From: Chrysomallon squamiferum
Lineage: Eukaryota; Animalia; Mollusca
NCBI GenBank assembly: GCA_012295275.1
Contig: CM022665.1
Span: 38,936,001-39,000,000 of the forward strand
Reading direction: 5' to 3'
DNA length: 64,000 bases
The notes under the pieces are model-generated. The model was not told where the DNA came from, did no database searches, and saw only the letters and a program-made list of their open reading frames with translations. Positions 42,036 to 55,117 of this stretch are shown here, one piece after another. The translations under genes were made by a program, and so were the position numbers. The stretch's first letter is position 1. Each line of letters begins with the position of its first letter.

Positions 42036-42600
42036 TTGTTGTTGTTGTTTCTTTTGCTGTTGTCGTTGTTGTTGTTAGTTAGTAGTAGTACTAGTAGTAA
42101 TAGTAGTAGTAGTAGTAGTAGTAGTAGTAATAGTTGTAGTAGTAGTAGTAGTAGCAATAGTAGTAGTAGTAGTACTAGTAGTACTAGTAGTCGTAGTAGT
42201 AGTAGTAGTAGTAATAGTTGTTGTTGTAGTAGTGGTAGTAGTAGTAGTAGTAGTAGAAGCAGTAGTAGTAGGTGTATATTACAAATAACGAGAAGACTAT
42301 TTTAATATTTGGAGTATATTCTGCTTCTGCTGGGACTGCTATTACTACTCCTGCTGCTGTAGCTGCTGCTGCTATCCCTACCATCTCTACTACTTTTTCT
42401 GCTATTACTATATTACTACTACTACGTCTACGCTACAGCTCATCTGCTGTTATTACTGTTATTTTTGCTACTATTACTGCTGCTGCAACTAGCACTCATT
42501 TATGTTTTATTACAACTACTACCCCTTCTACTATTATTTATTGTTGTCATTATCACCATATATTGTTGTTATAACTATTACTACTTCTGTTACTATTGAT
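42036..42600. repeat. (TAG)n array followed by degenerate complementary (CTA/CTG)n array
   Basis: Visible trinucleotide arrays; source of the poly-S and poly-A/T ORFs. Confidence 0.9.
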
Positions 42601-42866
42601 TACATTATTTTTTGTAGACATTTTGTTTAATACTTAAATAAGTTTTAACTGTACATACATTCTTATATGCTAAATAAAAAAAAAATTGTTCAAATAAAAA
42701 TAAAAATGAAAGCGAGAAGGAAAAGAGAGTAAAGAGGGATCACAGGAGTAAGTCTGATTCTCAGTAACAAAAATTAAAATCTTTGGACACGGAAACCAAA
42801 TGAGATAAATAAATAATTTTTTACAATCTAATAAATAGCACTTCTGACTGAAAAAAAAAAAAAATA

Positions 42867-42906
<40 letters not shown>

Positions 42907-45900
42907 TTAAATTTAAAAAAAAAAAACAACAAAAAAAAAAGGTTTACGGTTTTATTTTATTTCAAAATAATATAAAGAAAAAAAATATGATTCATTAAGT
43001 GAAAACGTTTTCAATTAAAAAGTAAAGTTTATATTAATTGAGTTTGTATTTCGTTTAGCTACAAAATCGATACCCCGCTTACAAGTAGTTAATCGTGAAT
43101 TAAATCATTTGTTCACAATGTATGTAACAATAAAAGCTTTGTGTCGAGCAATTAGTACCCAGTGTGTACTCTCAGACGCAGGAAGACTCTTCGTTTCAAT
43201 TTTTCCTCCTCCTTAGTTTTGTTTTATTGTGCATCCATTTCCGATCACACACCTTGCAAGAAATCAAAGAATTAATGTTATTCAGGTATTCATTAAAACA
43301 TACTTAACTGCTACAAAAGACATCTGCATGCATAATGCTCGAAGGCAAGAACTTCATAATTAGCCGAGCATTAAGTATGCCGATAACATTTAAACACTGA
43401 AACGCTTTTCAGAGTTATTGTTCCTTCGGAACTCTTATGGCACGAAGTTTGGCTCAACCTTGCGACAAAGACTTGCATAGAAGAATAGACGGACTTCCTT
43501 AAAGAATGTTGACGATTTATTTCTTTACTCGAAGACAAAACCGTCATAACAAAAGCTCCACTTGAAGCAACTCTCGTCAAGAGATGAACAAGCTTCCATT
43601 CCCTTGTTCTAGTGCAGAAACCTTTCACCGTACATTACCGAGTTGGCCATGAATGCGTAATGCTTGTACCTGATAAATGAAATAGCGCAGCGATGTTTCT
43701 CAAATTAGCTTTTAAACTGTATCCTCTTTAAGAAACAATAAAAATGACACTCCATTTAAGTATAATTATATGATGTCAGTTATTTGTTGGAAAGAAATAA
43801 AAAGTGTAAATGAACTTCGCGAAGAACTACTTTTTTTCTTCTGTGTATTTTTCCTCCCTCCCTGGGAGAAGACCTTTGATCAAAGAAGAATGTACAGTAA
43901 TGAAGTATGCCTGAAACTGAAAATATTATGATTTTTTTATTGATAATCATGAGCTATTCAAAAACTTTTTAAAGAAATGATTATATTACAGCCATAATAA
44001 TCAAATTGCTTGCCTAATAAAAGCGTTTTCATGGCTCATTATCTAATAATCTATAGGAAATGATCTTGAGGACGTTTAAGATAATTAATTAGTTAATGGC
44101 ATAATGACAGTGATAGTCAATATACATAACATATTATTTTATTTAAAGGGAATCGATCGAGACTTCTATCGCCAATTTAGTCTACCGTGTAAGAAGCTGA
44201 AGAAAACCTCTTTGCCTATATGTTAAGAAAAGCTTTATTGTCTAGTTCCAACTCAAGTAAAATCAATAATTGGTAGTGAAATTAAAGGATAAAATTTATT
44301 TAGCATTAATGGGCTATTAAAAATAAATAAATAAAAAAAATTTTATTTAGTCTTTGTGTAAATACATCTAGTGATTGTCTTCAAATAAAATATGAAAATA
44401 TTTACCTATAAAACTGATAGTAGGGTAATCAATTTATAATTTTTTATATATATATATATATATTTTTTTTTTTTTTCAAGCATTTAGCCACATTTGTACG
44501 CCTTAAAAGACCATCTAATTATGTATTGTATATGTATACATGTGTATTTAAGCATGCGTGCATGCATGCAATGTATCTATCTATCTACACACTTTTGTTT
44601 ATAAGAATTTACGTGCGTGCCTAATTCATTTAAGCCGTATGTATATTTACGAAAAAGTTCACATGCATGCGTTTTACTTTTTGTGTTTATATATCTGCAG
44701 TATAACACCCGGGGGACATCTCACACACAAATACATTATTATTTGTGTGTGGTCTATCTCTCTACATTAGCTATAAAATTACCCATTTCCCTTCTGTCAA
44801 CTGACACATTAAACCTTTTTGTGTGTTTAAAACATAATTCAGTCTGAGCATTACACGACGAAGCTGTCATTTATCACACCTTCTGTGTTTGGATATCTCG
44901 CTGGTTTAAATTATAAAGACGTTGATGACACGCGACCCCGTATCAGATTCGCTCATTAACCCACCGGGACTGCGTCAGCGACGCATGCAGCAAGTGTCGA
45001 GAAACCGCGACGAGCAAGAACCGAGTCCAAACACACAGCACAGCATCGGCTGTCGCTGCGGATTAACGCTTGTTTAGAACTTTATTTCGTTTGATTATTT
45101 TCGTGTTGATAGAGAGAGTTTGTGTATCATGTAAAAAAAAAAAAAAAACACACACACAAAAATTATATTAAGAGATATCGTTTTTTTGTGTGTTTTTTGT
45201 TTGTTTGGGGTTTGTTTGGGGTTTTTCGGTTGTTTTTTTAAAGTATAAAAATAAATAATATTAAAAGATAAATTGTAAGATTGTATTAATTTAGAGTCAT
45301 GTTGTCTCGAGTAAGGAGACGAGAAAATGATTAATGTCCGAATTTTTTAGAAAAAAAAAAGCGTTCAGGTTAAAAAAAATAATAAAATAAAATAAAATAA
45401 ATACGTTACCATTTGATAGCTCCCTGCTAATGAATGCTCTTTCCCGTCGAATGAGAATAAACAATATTTTATCTCTCCATAATAGCGTTAATTTTTTTTT
45501 TAATTTTTTTTTTGTGTGTGTGTGTTTGTTGGATTTGTTTTGTTGTAGTTGTTTTTTGTTTTTTTTTAATCTGTTTTTAAATAATTTTATTCAAAATTTA
45601 ATCTCTGGATTTCATTTTTATATTTATTTATTTATTTATTTTTATTATTATTATTTTAAGAAGAAGTTGTAGTATATAGATTTTTTATTGCTGATAATAA
45701 TTATTTGGAGGAATTCAGTGGAGGAAATGTTTGCTGTTGTTTGATGTTTATTTTGTTTGTTTTTTGTTGATTTTTTGTTTATTGTTTTGTCTGTTGTTTG
45801 TTTTTGTTTTTTGATGGGTTTTTTGTTTGTTTGCTTTTTATTGTTTTTGTTGTTTTATTATTGCATACTGTGATAGTTATCTTTTCGTATTTGATAAAAA

Positions 45901-46799
45901 AACAAAACAAAGGGTTTATCATCATAAGGATATAATCATGTTATCTTGCGTCCATGAAAATAGATATTTTTAACAATTAAATATAAATTACCAATAAACT
46001 AATATAGAAAATAAAATTAATCCTAAATTCTTGGACATATATTTTAAAATATTTAGAAACTGCTATCAAAGGAAGCGGAGAGATCTAATTATATTATTAT
46101 TAAAATAAATATGATTATTTCCGAAAAGAATATTTTTTTAAAAATAAATTTTATGTTGTTGTTGTTGTAGTTGTCTTGTTGTTGTTGTATTGTTGTTTAT
46201 TGTTATTGTTGCTGTTTTGTTTTCAGGTTGTTGTTTTGTTGGGGTTTTTTGTGTTTTTTGTGGGTTTTTTTTTTTTCTTCTTCATTTTATTTTATTTTAT
46301 TTTAACAAAAATTATAAAGAAATACTGAATGAAAATTTTAGAAATAAAAAGAACGAATGAATCAAAGAAGTGAGAAATAATTTTATAAAGATTAATATCG
46401 AAAAAAATATATATTATTCATTAATTTTTCTTTCTATAATTCTTTGTTCCCTTTAAAAAGCATGAAATATTTTTATTACTTTTTCATTATTAACTGTAAC
46501 CGGCTATTATTTCCAGACCCATAATTAGTAAGGTGTTTTCTGGAAGCAATCAGATAAACAAGAGAGGTGTTTTTTTTATATTTTTATTATTTTCCTTTCT
46601 CTTTGTTTCTATTGTGAAAATGTCACATTTTCAGCTAACTGACTCGTTATTGTTCGGCAATCCCTGTAAAACACCGATCTTATTGCATTCAAGCGATAAA
46701 TTCGTCTCAGCTTCTTCATGACGGAACAGATTTTAAATTGTTTGATTATTTCATAACTACCGAACCTTTCAACATCGAGAAAAAAAAAAAAAAAAGATG

Positions 46800-47810
46800 A
46801 AAAATCGTCTTTAATTGACGTCTTTGCTATTTTCGCTCGTTATCCAAGCAGTGCTTGCATTCATCTGGTCATGTGCAAGCTAATTCATGCTATAAAAGGT
46901 TAGGCGGCTTTGAGTTCTGATGCCATGGGCGTGGGCAACTTGTGGTAAACGCCATGACCGTTTCATGCTAGATTTCCCGGGCCTCTTTCGCCTTGTTTCC
47001 ATTAACGTCTTTGCACGTGCAGCGCGACACGCCCAGGGGCGGTTGTGCGTGTGTTAATTAGATCAATTTTTGCAGTGTAACATATTTGTAGCGTTTTGCC
47101 CAGTAGCTCGATTATAGCATTGACACAGGCTTGCAGATGGTTGGTTTTTTCTAATACGTTTCCAATATGGACCTTTGGATGTTTGTCCGCGTCCGTCAAC
47201 GAAATACGAAACTTGTCTTTTATAACTCCTTTAATAATTGGGGGCTGCCCGGAGTAACTGCCTTCGATGTTATGGAGGTTCCTTTGAAACCGACAGATAA
47301 CAAAACGATTTTCGCCAGCATGGGATGGTAAAACTATGATCTCTTTAGCTAATTAGAGCACGATGCCGCGTTGCATATTCGCGCGCAATTAATCACGCAC
47401 GAGCAGTAAGGCACTTGAAGAGGCCGCCGCTAGGCCCGCCATTGCTATAATGTGATATACATCTTTTGTTCTGGCTCTTGTTCATCAGATTTCACATTTT
47501 GACATAAATGTTTATAACACCTGCCCGTACTTGAAAGTCGGACCTGCGAGGCAAGCTGCGTGACAGGGGAGGCATCATTATAGACATCTACGTAAAGTAC
47601 AATGGCTAGTTGGCACTCGAAACACAACAAGATTTGGAAAAGTTTAAAACATCAATGACACTGAGCGAGGATTAGACGTAAGTCTGACAAAAGTTAAGGC
47701 TGGAGGTCAGGACTTTCCGATAAAACGCGTGCTCCTCACACCAATGGCGAATGCAGAGGGTGGCCCTTGAGGAATCAGAGGTATCGCCTTTCACTGACAG
47801 CCCGCTAAAA
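46800..47810. promoter_or_regulatory. Large candidate enhancer island
   Basis: About 1 kb of CpG-rich, microsatellite-free sequence. It contains several TAATT homeodomain cores, CACTTGA (NK2 site, 47412-47418), TGACAG x2 and CACGTG; no credible ORF. Confidence 0.45.
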
Positions 47811-48539
47811 TATTCAAAAAAAATACCGAATGATTTCGAATCCCAGCAGTACGTTTAATTTATTTTTATTTTTTTAATTAAACTCGACGATCATGGTGCA
47901 ATATGTTGCAGAAATGAATTTCATTAATGGATTTTTTTTTCTCCATTTTACCCATTCTAACTTATGACGTGCTGAAAAAGTGAACCTTAAAACGAAAGAC
48001 TAATCCGAGTCGGAGATGAAGTCCTTCCTAACATTAAAGTCATGGCCACCACATATATTCAACATAATATTATCTCATGCACTGAACTGTATTTATTGTT
48101 ATCATAATAGATATCATTTATCGTCATAATTATCATCGTCATAGTGATCATTTATATTCATCGTAGTAAGATTTATATAAAAAAAAAAAAAAAAAAAAAG
48201 TTTATAAATTCTGAATCATATACCAGTTTCAAATTGTTAGGTATATGTCATTAATGTTAATTATATTTCATCTATAAAAATCTTCATGCTTTTATAACTG
48301 TCTTACGTAAAACATTGTTAACCACTTTGTTATTTCGAAAGTGAAACCAAATCGATCTGCTTTCGATATATGGTTTTCTTTAGATGGAAATAAATGTTGT
48401 TACTACCTTAGCGCAAATTAAATTTTTTTTACTGACATTTTCTTAAATTATTATACATCACAGAGTGAAAATACATTAACTGATCATATACAAACATTAA
48501 ACTGTGTTTGTCTTTTGACTGTTTGTTTGTTTGCTTTTA

Positions 48540-48578
<39 letters not shown>

Positions 48579-48804
48579 TTATTTATTTATTTATTTTCAT
48601 ACGGCACCCTTAATAATGATGATGGTGGGGCATTTGTGATGTTGTTGTTGATGATGATGGCGAGCATGTCAGTGTCAATGATGTTTGTACTGTTTCCCAA
48701 CACTATGAATATCATTATTCAAAGAACAAGAGGACTAAAATTATAATCTGTATTTCGTCTTCAAAGTTTTAAAAAACTTAAACATAAATTTAATATAAAC
48801 ATTC

Positions 48805-48917
48805 GTGGCGGATTTCTTTAACCATTAATAAAATTAAAACAGTATTTTAACAGTTGCGCCTAGACAGATCCGTCCTGAAATTGCGGGATCCTTAAATAAA
48901 GAAACATCATCCGCCAT
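48805..48917. mobile_element. Possible degenerate MITE
   Basis: Short inverted termini GTGGCGGAT ... ATCCGCCAT (8/9 match); weak evidence. Confidence 0.25.
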
Positions 48918-49277
48918 ACAAAACACTGTTGTTGGTGGATGCATCTACCAAACTAATATTACATAAGTGGGAACCCTTTTAGCGCAATATCTGAAAATCG
49001 AAGCTAAAACGGCAGTTGGGGCGGGCTGGAAGAATTAAATGAAGGGGGCGGAACCTGGAGAACGAGAGAATCAAAAAGTCATGTTTTGACAGCTGCCTAC
49101 TGTGACGTGAAACAAACAGTCTCCCAGTCAACAAAACGTAACTATGACGTAATCAAACTGTCATAAATTTAAAAGAAACAAATAAATTTGTTGCCTCCTA
49201 TGAGAGGGCATAAAAATAAAATAAAAATATATTATCACGTTATTTTGGAATTGAATATCCACATTCGTTGATTCATA

Positions 49278-49313
<36 letters not shown>

Positions 49314-50156
49314 AAAATTTAAAAAAATGTTTAATATACATGTATTTCTAAATGGTATATTCATAGTGGAATATTCTGATAGTCAAATATGCACTTATGT
49401 ATACCTTCATTAATACTGACAAAGAAAAAACCACACACACAAACACACACGTACGTACGCACGCACATACAGAAATACATATATCCCTAAACGTTAGTGG
49501 GTTTTTTTATAAATCGCCAACTATATTTCAGCGGTTTTTGCTTTATCGTTAAAGCTTAAGAAAGAAAAAAAATTACTTTTGTGCCTAGATTTTTATTTTC
49601 TCTGTGTTTAATACTTCTTACAAACATCAACCGAGGACTGTGAAGCGTTCAACTTGACTAGACAAAAGTGTGTTTTAAACTGTGTATTTAGCAGAACGAC
49701 TAAAATATTTATTTTGTGACTAAATTAGTCATGCGCTTTGTGCCTATGGGTGCCCACGTGTATCCTGACGTGTCAGATGTCACAGAACCAGTCTACGGAA
49801 CAAGTTTTTATTCACTTCAGTAAAAAACGTCACCATGGTTACCCCCACTTGAGACTTCATCGGCATGGAAACGCGGCTCGCGGAGTTGGGCAGAAAACCT
49901 CTTCAAACTCGGAAGCGACACACATGTACGAGCTTAATCGAACCGTTCTAAGAATTTATTTAAGAAATCACAGTAGCGAAAGGCTTGAATGAAAAACACG
50001 ACGGCGTTAATCGCTGAATAGGTTGACAAACGAACGCACCAAGACGCCGCGTTAACGAGATTCAGTGAGTAATGAACTGATGTTGTGGTCGAACTTTCTT
50101 TGTATACTTGTCAAACATCGTACAGCTCATCAAAGCTGTGTCTTTTTTCTCTGACG

Positions 50157-50195
<39 letters not shown>

Positions 50196-50331
50196 ACTTT
50201 CTTTTTCTATTATGTCTACCTTTTCCTCTTTCTCTTTCTTTCTTTTTCTTTATGCCCTTTTCCTCTTTATTTTTTTTCCTTTTCCTTTTTTATTTTTTTT
50301 TTTTCTTCAAAATTTTCTTTTTTTCCATTTA

Positions 50332-50374
<43 letters not shown>

Positions 50375-50605
50375 TTTTTTTAATTATTATTATTATTATT
50401 ATTATTATTTTTTTTTTTTTTTTCTCTTCATTTCTATGGAGATGCACATCTGGACGGATATACATGCTGCGTTTATTTAATTAATTTTTATTCAGTTTAA
50501 TTTGTTTTATTTTAAGTCATTTCACGTTAATTTTGCTTTTTAAATTCTTCTTTAAAATTATCAATTTTATTATTATTATAATTATTATTATTATTATTAT
50601 TATTA

Positions 50606-50638
<33 letters not shown>

Positions 50639-51800
50639 CATTATTATTATTATTATTATTATTATATTTACCACAACAACAATAATAATATAATTAAAAT
50701 AATAACAGCAATGACAACAGCAACAACAATAATAAAAAAATAATAATAATAATATAAATAATAATAATAATAATAATAATAAAAACAAAAACAACAACAC
50801 ACACACAACAATAATAATAACAACAATACCAGAACAGCAGTATTAAATACAACAAGACAAATTTGAAAGAAACATTATCAGCAATAATTTATTTAGTAAA
50901 ATGAGATTCTATTTTGAGATTCTATTTCAATGCATAACTTGTGTTAGCTGCAACATTTTAACACTTTACTACTCGGTCTATTTCGAGACCGTTCATCCGA
51001 TAATCTAGAGGCACTTGTGTGTCATATTTTCACGCGCCATCTTGCAAATGTAAAACTCTTTACCTCCCACTCGTCCCAAGTTTGTCTTGCGAGGTGAGAG
51101 TCGTTGAAACCAGTGTTAAGTATATCTCAACGAAAACATCCATGCCACGCAATTGGCGAGATTCCGTGTTGAGCGGTTTGTCGCAGAAATGCCCCATCAA
51201 AAGCACGTAATGTTATAATGATTGCAAACTAAAAAAAAAAAAAGAAGAAGAAGAAGAAGAAGAAGAAAGAAAAAAAAAGAAAAGAAAAGAAAGTTACGTT
51301 TTTATAATAAATAAATAGAGAAAATTAAATTAAATCAGAAATTTGTCAAGTGTTTGAAATGCTGATGGATTAAATAAAGATAAATTTTGTAAAAAAAAAA
51401 AAAAAAAAAATAAATAAATTAATAAAATAAAGTCAAATCAAAAGATTTGTTAAGTGTTTAAAGTGAAGACTGGTTAAACAAAGTTCAGTTTTTTTTGTAA
51501 TAAACAAATAAATAAAATTAGGATTTATTGACAGCCATGTCGAAAGCGTTCTTGGTTAAATAAAAAAAAAATTAAATTAAATTTGTTTTGCGGTAAAGAC
51601 GTAGATTTAAAATCAATGTCGTATTATTGTTTTAGCTGGAGTTTTTTGTTTGGGTTTTCTAGGTTTTTTTTTTTTGTTGTTGTTGTTGTTGTTGTCTTTT
51701 TAAAGAAAAGGAAAAAAAGAAAAAGAAAGAAAGAAAAATAAGACTTCCCAGCTAAACATATACGTAAACTCGCTTTCTCTCGCGCGCGCACTCACACTCA

Positions 51801-51802
<2 letters not shown>

Positions 51803-51877
<75 letters not shown>
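51803..51877. repeat. (CT)n microsatellite
   Basis: Perfect dinucleotide run. Confidence 0.98.
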
Positions 51878-51884
<7 letters not shown>

Positions 51885-54379
51885 TAAATACATAAATAAT
51901 AATAACACTAATACACACACAAAAAAAGAGAGAGAAAGAAAGAGACAGACACAGAGAGAGGCAGAGGAAAACAGAAACAGCAAGAAGAAGAAAAAGATGG
52001 TTCATAAAAATTAAGAGAGAGACAGACACAACACACAGACAAACTGAGAAACATGTATATAAATATGTGAACACGGCAGATTCAAAATAATCTTCATTTT
52101 ATTTCGACATATAACATTTTTGCACGAATGCCCTAAAGGGCCAAACAGTAACAACACTGACACGACCGGCGGCTGAGATGAGCAAAGAAGTCAGTGTTAA
52201 ATTGACTAGGTTTATTCCACTTGCAGCGTCTTCATCTAATTCTAACTAATATTCTCCTTTGTATTTTGCAACAAATTTAATTACAATTACGAGAATGAAT
52301 GTGTCCAATTGGCTTAATCAGAGATGAATGGCGATGGTCCACAGGAATACAGATGTCTTTTTCAGAGAAAATGGTAGATGTACTAATAAAAACAGGTCAT
52401 GAATTTCTGCTATGATTTTCAGAACGTGGTCGTAGAAGAATTCTGATTACGTTTGATCTTGCGTATTTTTCAACAGGAACGGAAATAAGTTTTTTTTTTT
52501 CTGCTGGTGTTTTTTATAGGCGAAGGAAAATAGATCAATACCGCGAGAGAGAAGTAGTGCAAATATCGACGCAGTATAAAAACTAGTAAAATGGAATGTT
52601 TTTAATGTTATTTATTTATTTATTTATTTAATTATTTATTTCTTATTTATTTATTTTTTTATTTCATTTTATTTTTATTAATTTTATTTAGTAGTAATAG
52701 TAATATGTCATTAAAAATATTTCTACTTCACTCTAAATTTCATAATCCATATAATTATAATAACTGAAGGGTTTTAAAAAAAAAAAAAAAAATAAAGAAT
52801 TAAAACTTCTTACTGTCAAGATTTTTTTGTCAAAGGTAGATTTTTTCAAATGTAATTTCTTATAAATTATAACAAAAACTGGCGGAGTCACTGTATTTTT
52901 TTTATTTGTATACATCGGTACAGGATTTGAAAGACATAATGTACTAGATTTTATTTAATGTTTTTCCTTTAACATACTGAGATGTTCAGGGCGTAAAAAC
53001 ATGGCGCTCGCCTTACGACTGACCGTCCGAGGACAAATGTTCGTTAAAGATTTTCGTCAACTATCTGTTTTTCCTGCCAGAGCAAAATAAATGTTTTATC
53101 AAAAGCTATGGTAAATGTTTTGTATGTATTAAAGATCCCTTGCTGTTGCTGTTGTATCCCTCTGCATTGTTTATTGGACATTACACAAATTGCATCTTTA
53201 GTTTGATATCTAAAACCTTTGAATATTAAACATTCGTTCATTACCGTCAAGTCCAGCTCCCCAGACACTAGACCCTTTAGCAACTAAACCGTAATTATAA
53301 ACAATGAAATAAACCTAAAACATTGTTTTTATACCTACCAGGTTCAACCGAAATTAGCCCTACCACTGTTCCTTATTAAATTTTAACCTTTGGCTTTAAA
53401 ATGCCAAATCAAAGAAATCTAATTGTCTGTCTTCTTACATTCGTTTGGGTTCACCAAGTATAAATTAATCATATATGTACGTTTTTGCAAGTATATTTTC
53501 AACATAGACGATTTGTGCTTGAGGTGGTGGCCAATTGATACACACTTGTTTTCAACAGTCATCAAGCAAATCCCTTTCATTAAGACATCCCAATTAAACC
53601 TCAGTGATCCAGCACTGTTTACTTCAAAGTGACGACCTAAGATACGAAAAGACGATTCAGAAGAACAGCGGCTTGTATGACACTCCAAAGTTGTTATTCT
53701 GACAACTCGGAGAGGTGATCTCGCGAAGCCCGGAGAGAACATGGGAGTTTCTGTAATAATGAGGTTTTCAGATCAGTCTCTTGGTCGCGCTCTTCAGACT
53801 TTGTGTAGTGGGACCTTAAATAGTCCGGGTTTTTTAAAAAGTAAGCTTTTGTTGGGTTTCTCTATCTTGGGGCGGAGATGCTAAGGAAGGATTTGGTGAG
53901 GTAGTTTTAAAATGATACTCTTTTTTTCTTTTATCTCTCTCTCTCTCTCTCCAAAAACAGATTAGGCTTTATGAAATGAGGCATGATAATAAAATGTGTG
54001 CATATGATTCAAATGATCTGTCTCTAATAAATGTATTTTCCTACATATAACGTATTCAACGCCACGGTGAATTAAGGATGATTTCAAATTATTGGTGCAT
54101 CGAAGAAATATATTTGACTGTGTGTTAATAAGCATGTTTTGCTAATAATAAACAGTGTCGTTGATCCCGATTCGCGATTCTGCTGGTACATTTGCTACTA
54201 ATTTAATGTAAAATTATGGCTTTCAGAATATTTTAAGCAGACACTTTGAAAGACACAGATTATTTTGTTCTTTAATTGGAATTACTCATTTTGAGCACAA
54301 ACCGATTACATATTAATTACATACTAATTACACAAACCACGATAACACTGTACGTAACACTACAAACATTTAAACAGTT

Positions 54380-54947
54380 AGCGGCGCTAAACGGCAACAC
54401 GGGAAACCCCAATAAAAATTAATTCCCAATTAAGCGATCACTGGATCAAATAATAATGGTAATATACAATAAATAGACGGGGTACTGGACCACCAAACCT
54501 GCACATCTATTAAACCCGCCTGCTGCTTTCTTCTCCACTGCTGTCTTTGGAAGAGTTCTCGTTGAATGGCGTGTTCTTCTAATTGGACAAGGCAAAACAT
54601 GCAATTATCTGGGGTGCGATGGTGAGTAATTGACTGGTAGCCGAAGCCAACAGCAGGAGACAATTGCTAGGACAGAAACCCACTTTGATCGAATCTGATT
54701 ACAGTTTGTGGAGTTAATTTGAACACAGCGCCTAATCTTTCAGACGACAGCTTCTTTGAGAGGCGGACTCTCAAGTGCTCGAGCCAATACAATACGAATT
54801 CGGCTTCATTAAAATCCGAAAACTGATTTTGTATGGCTGCTCTGTCCAATGACGTCAATGTTCTGGATTATCTGTCTCAGGCTAAGCACCGTGTGTGAGT
54901 TTATCAAAAAAAGAAAGAAAGAAAGAGAGAGAAAGAAAGAAAGAAAG

Positions 54948-54979
<32 letters not shown>

Positions 54980-54992
54980 GATGGTGGTAAGT
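54380..54992 (+). promoter_or_regulatory. Promoter/enhancer-like island ending in a consensus splice donor
   Basis: GACCACCAA 54488, CTTTGAT 54683, TCAAGTG 54771, CCAAT 54784 and 54846, TGACGTCA 54850-54857, and GTG|GTAAGT at 54987. Confidence 0.4.
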
Positions 54993-55073
54993 TTACTCCT
55001 AACATTATACACTACATCTGTTTTATACTTTAAGCATTAAGAAGGAAAGGAACAATTATTTTTGTCCGATCTT

Positions 55074-55117
<44 letters not shown>

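Noticed and set aside
43371-43628. 85-aa minus-strand ORF in a GC-balanced island
   Set aside because: Non-ATG start, no recognisable domain and no supporting splice partners; treated as a non-coding island.
47407-47420. TAAGGCAC matches the 5' end of miR-124
   Set aside because: The rest of the mature sequence does not match, and no hairpin is evident.
53128-53150. TAAAGATCCCTTGCTG resembling the Meta SINE core
   Set aside because: The match is too short and the flanks do not extend it.
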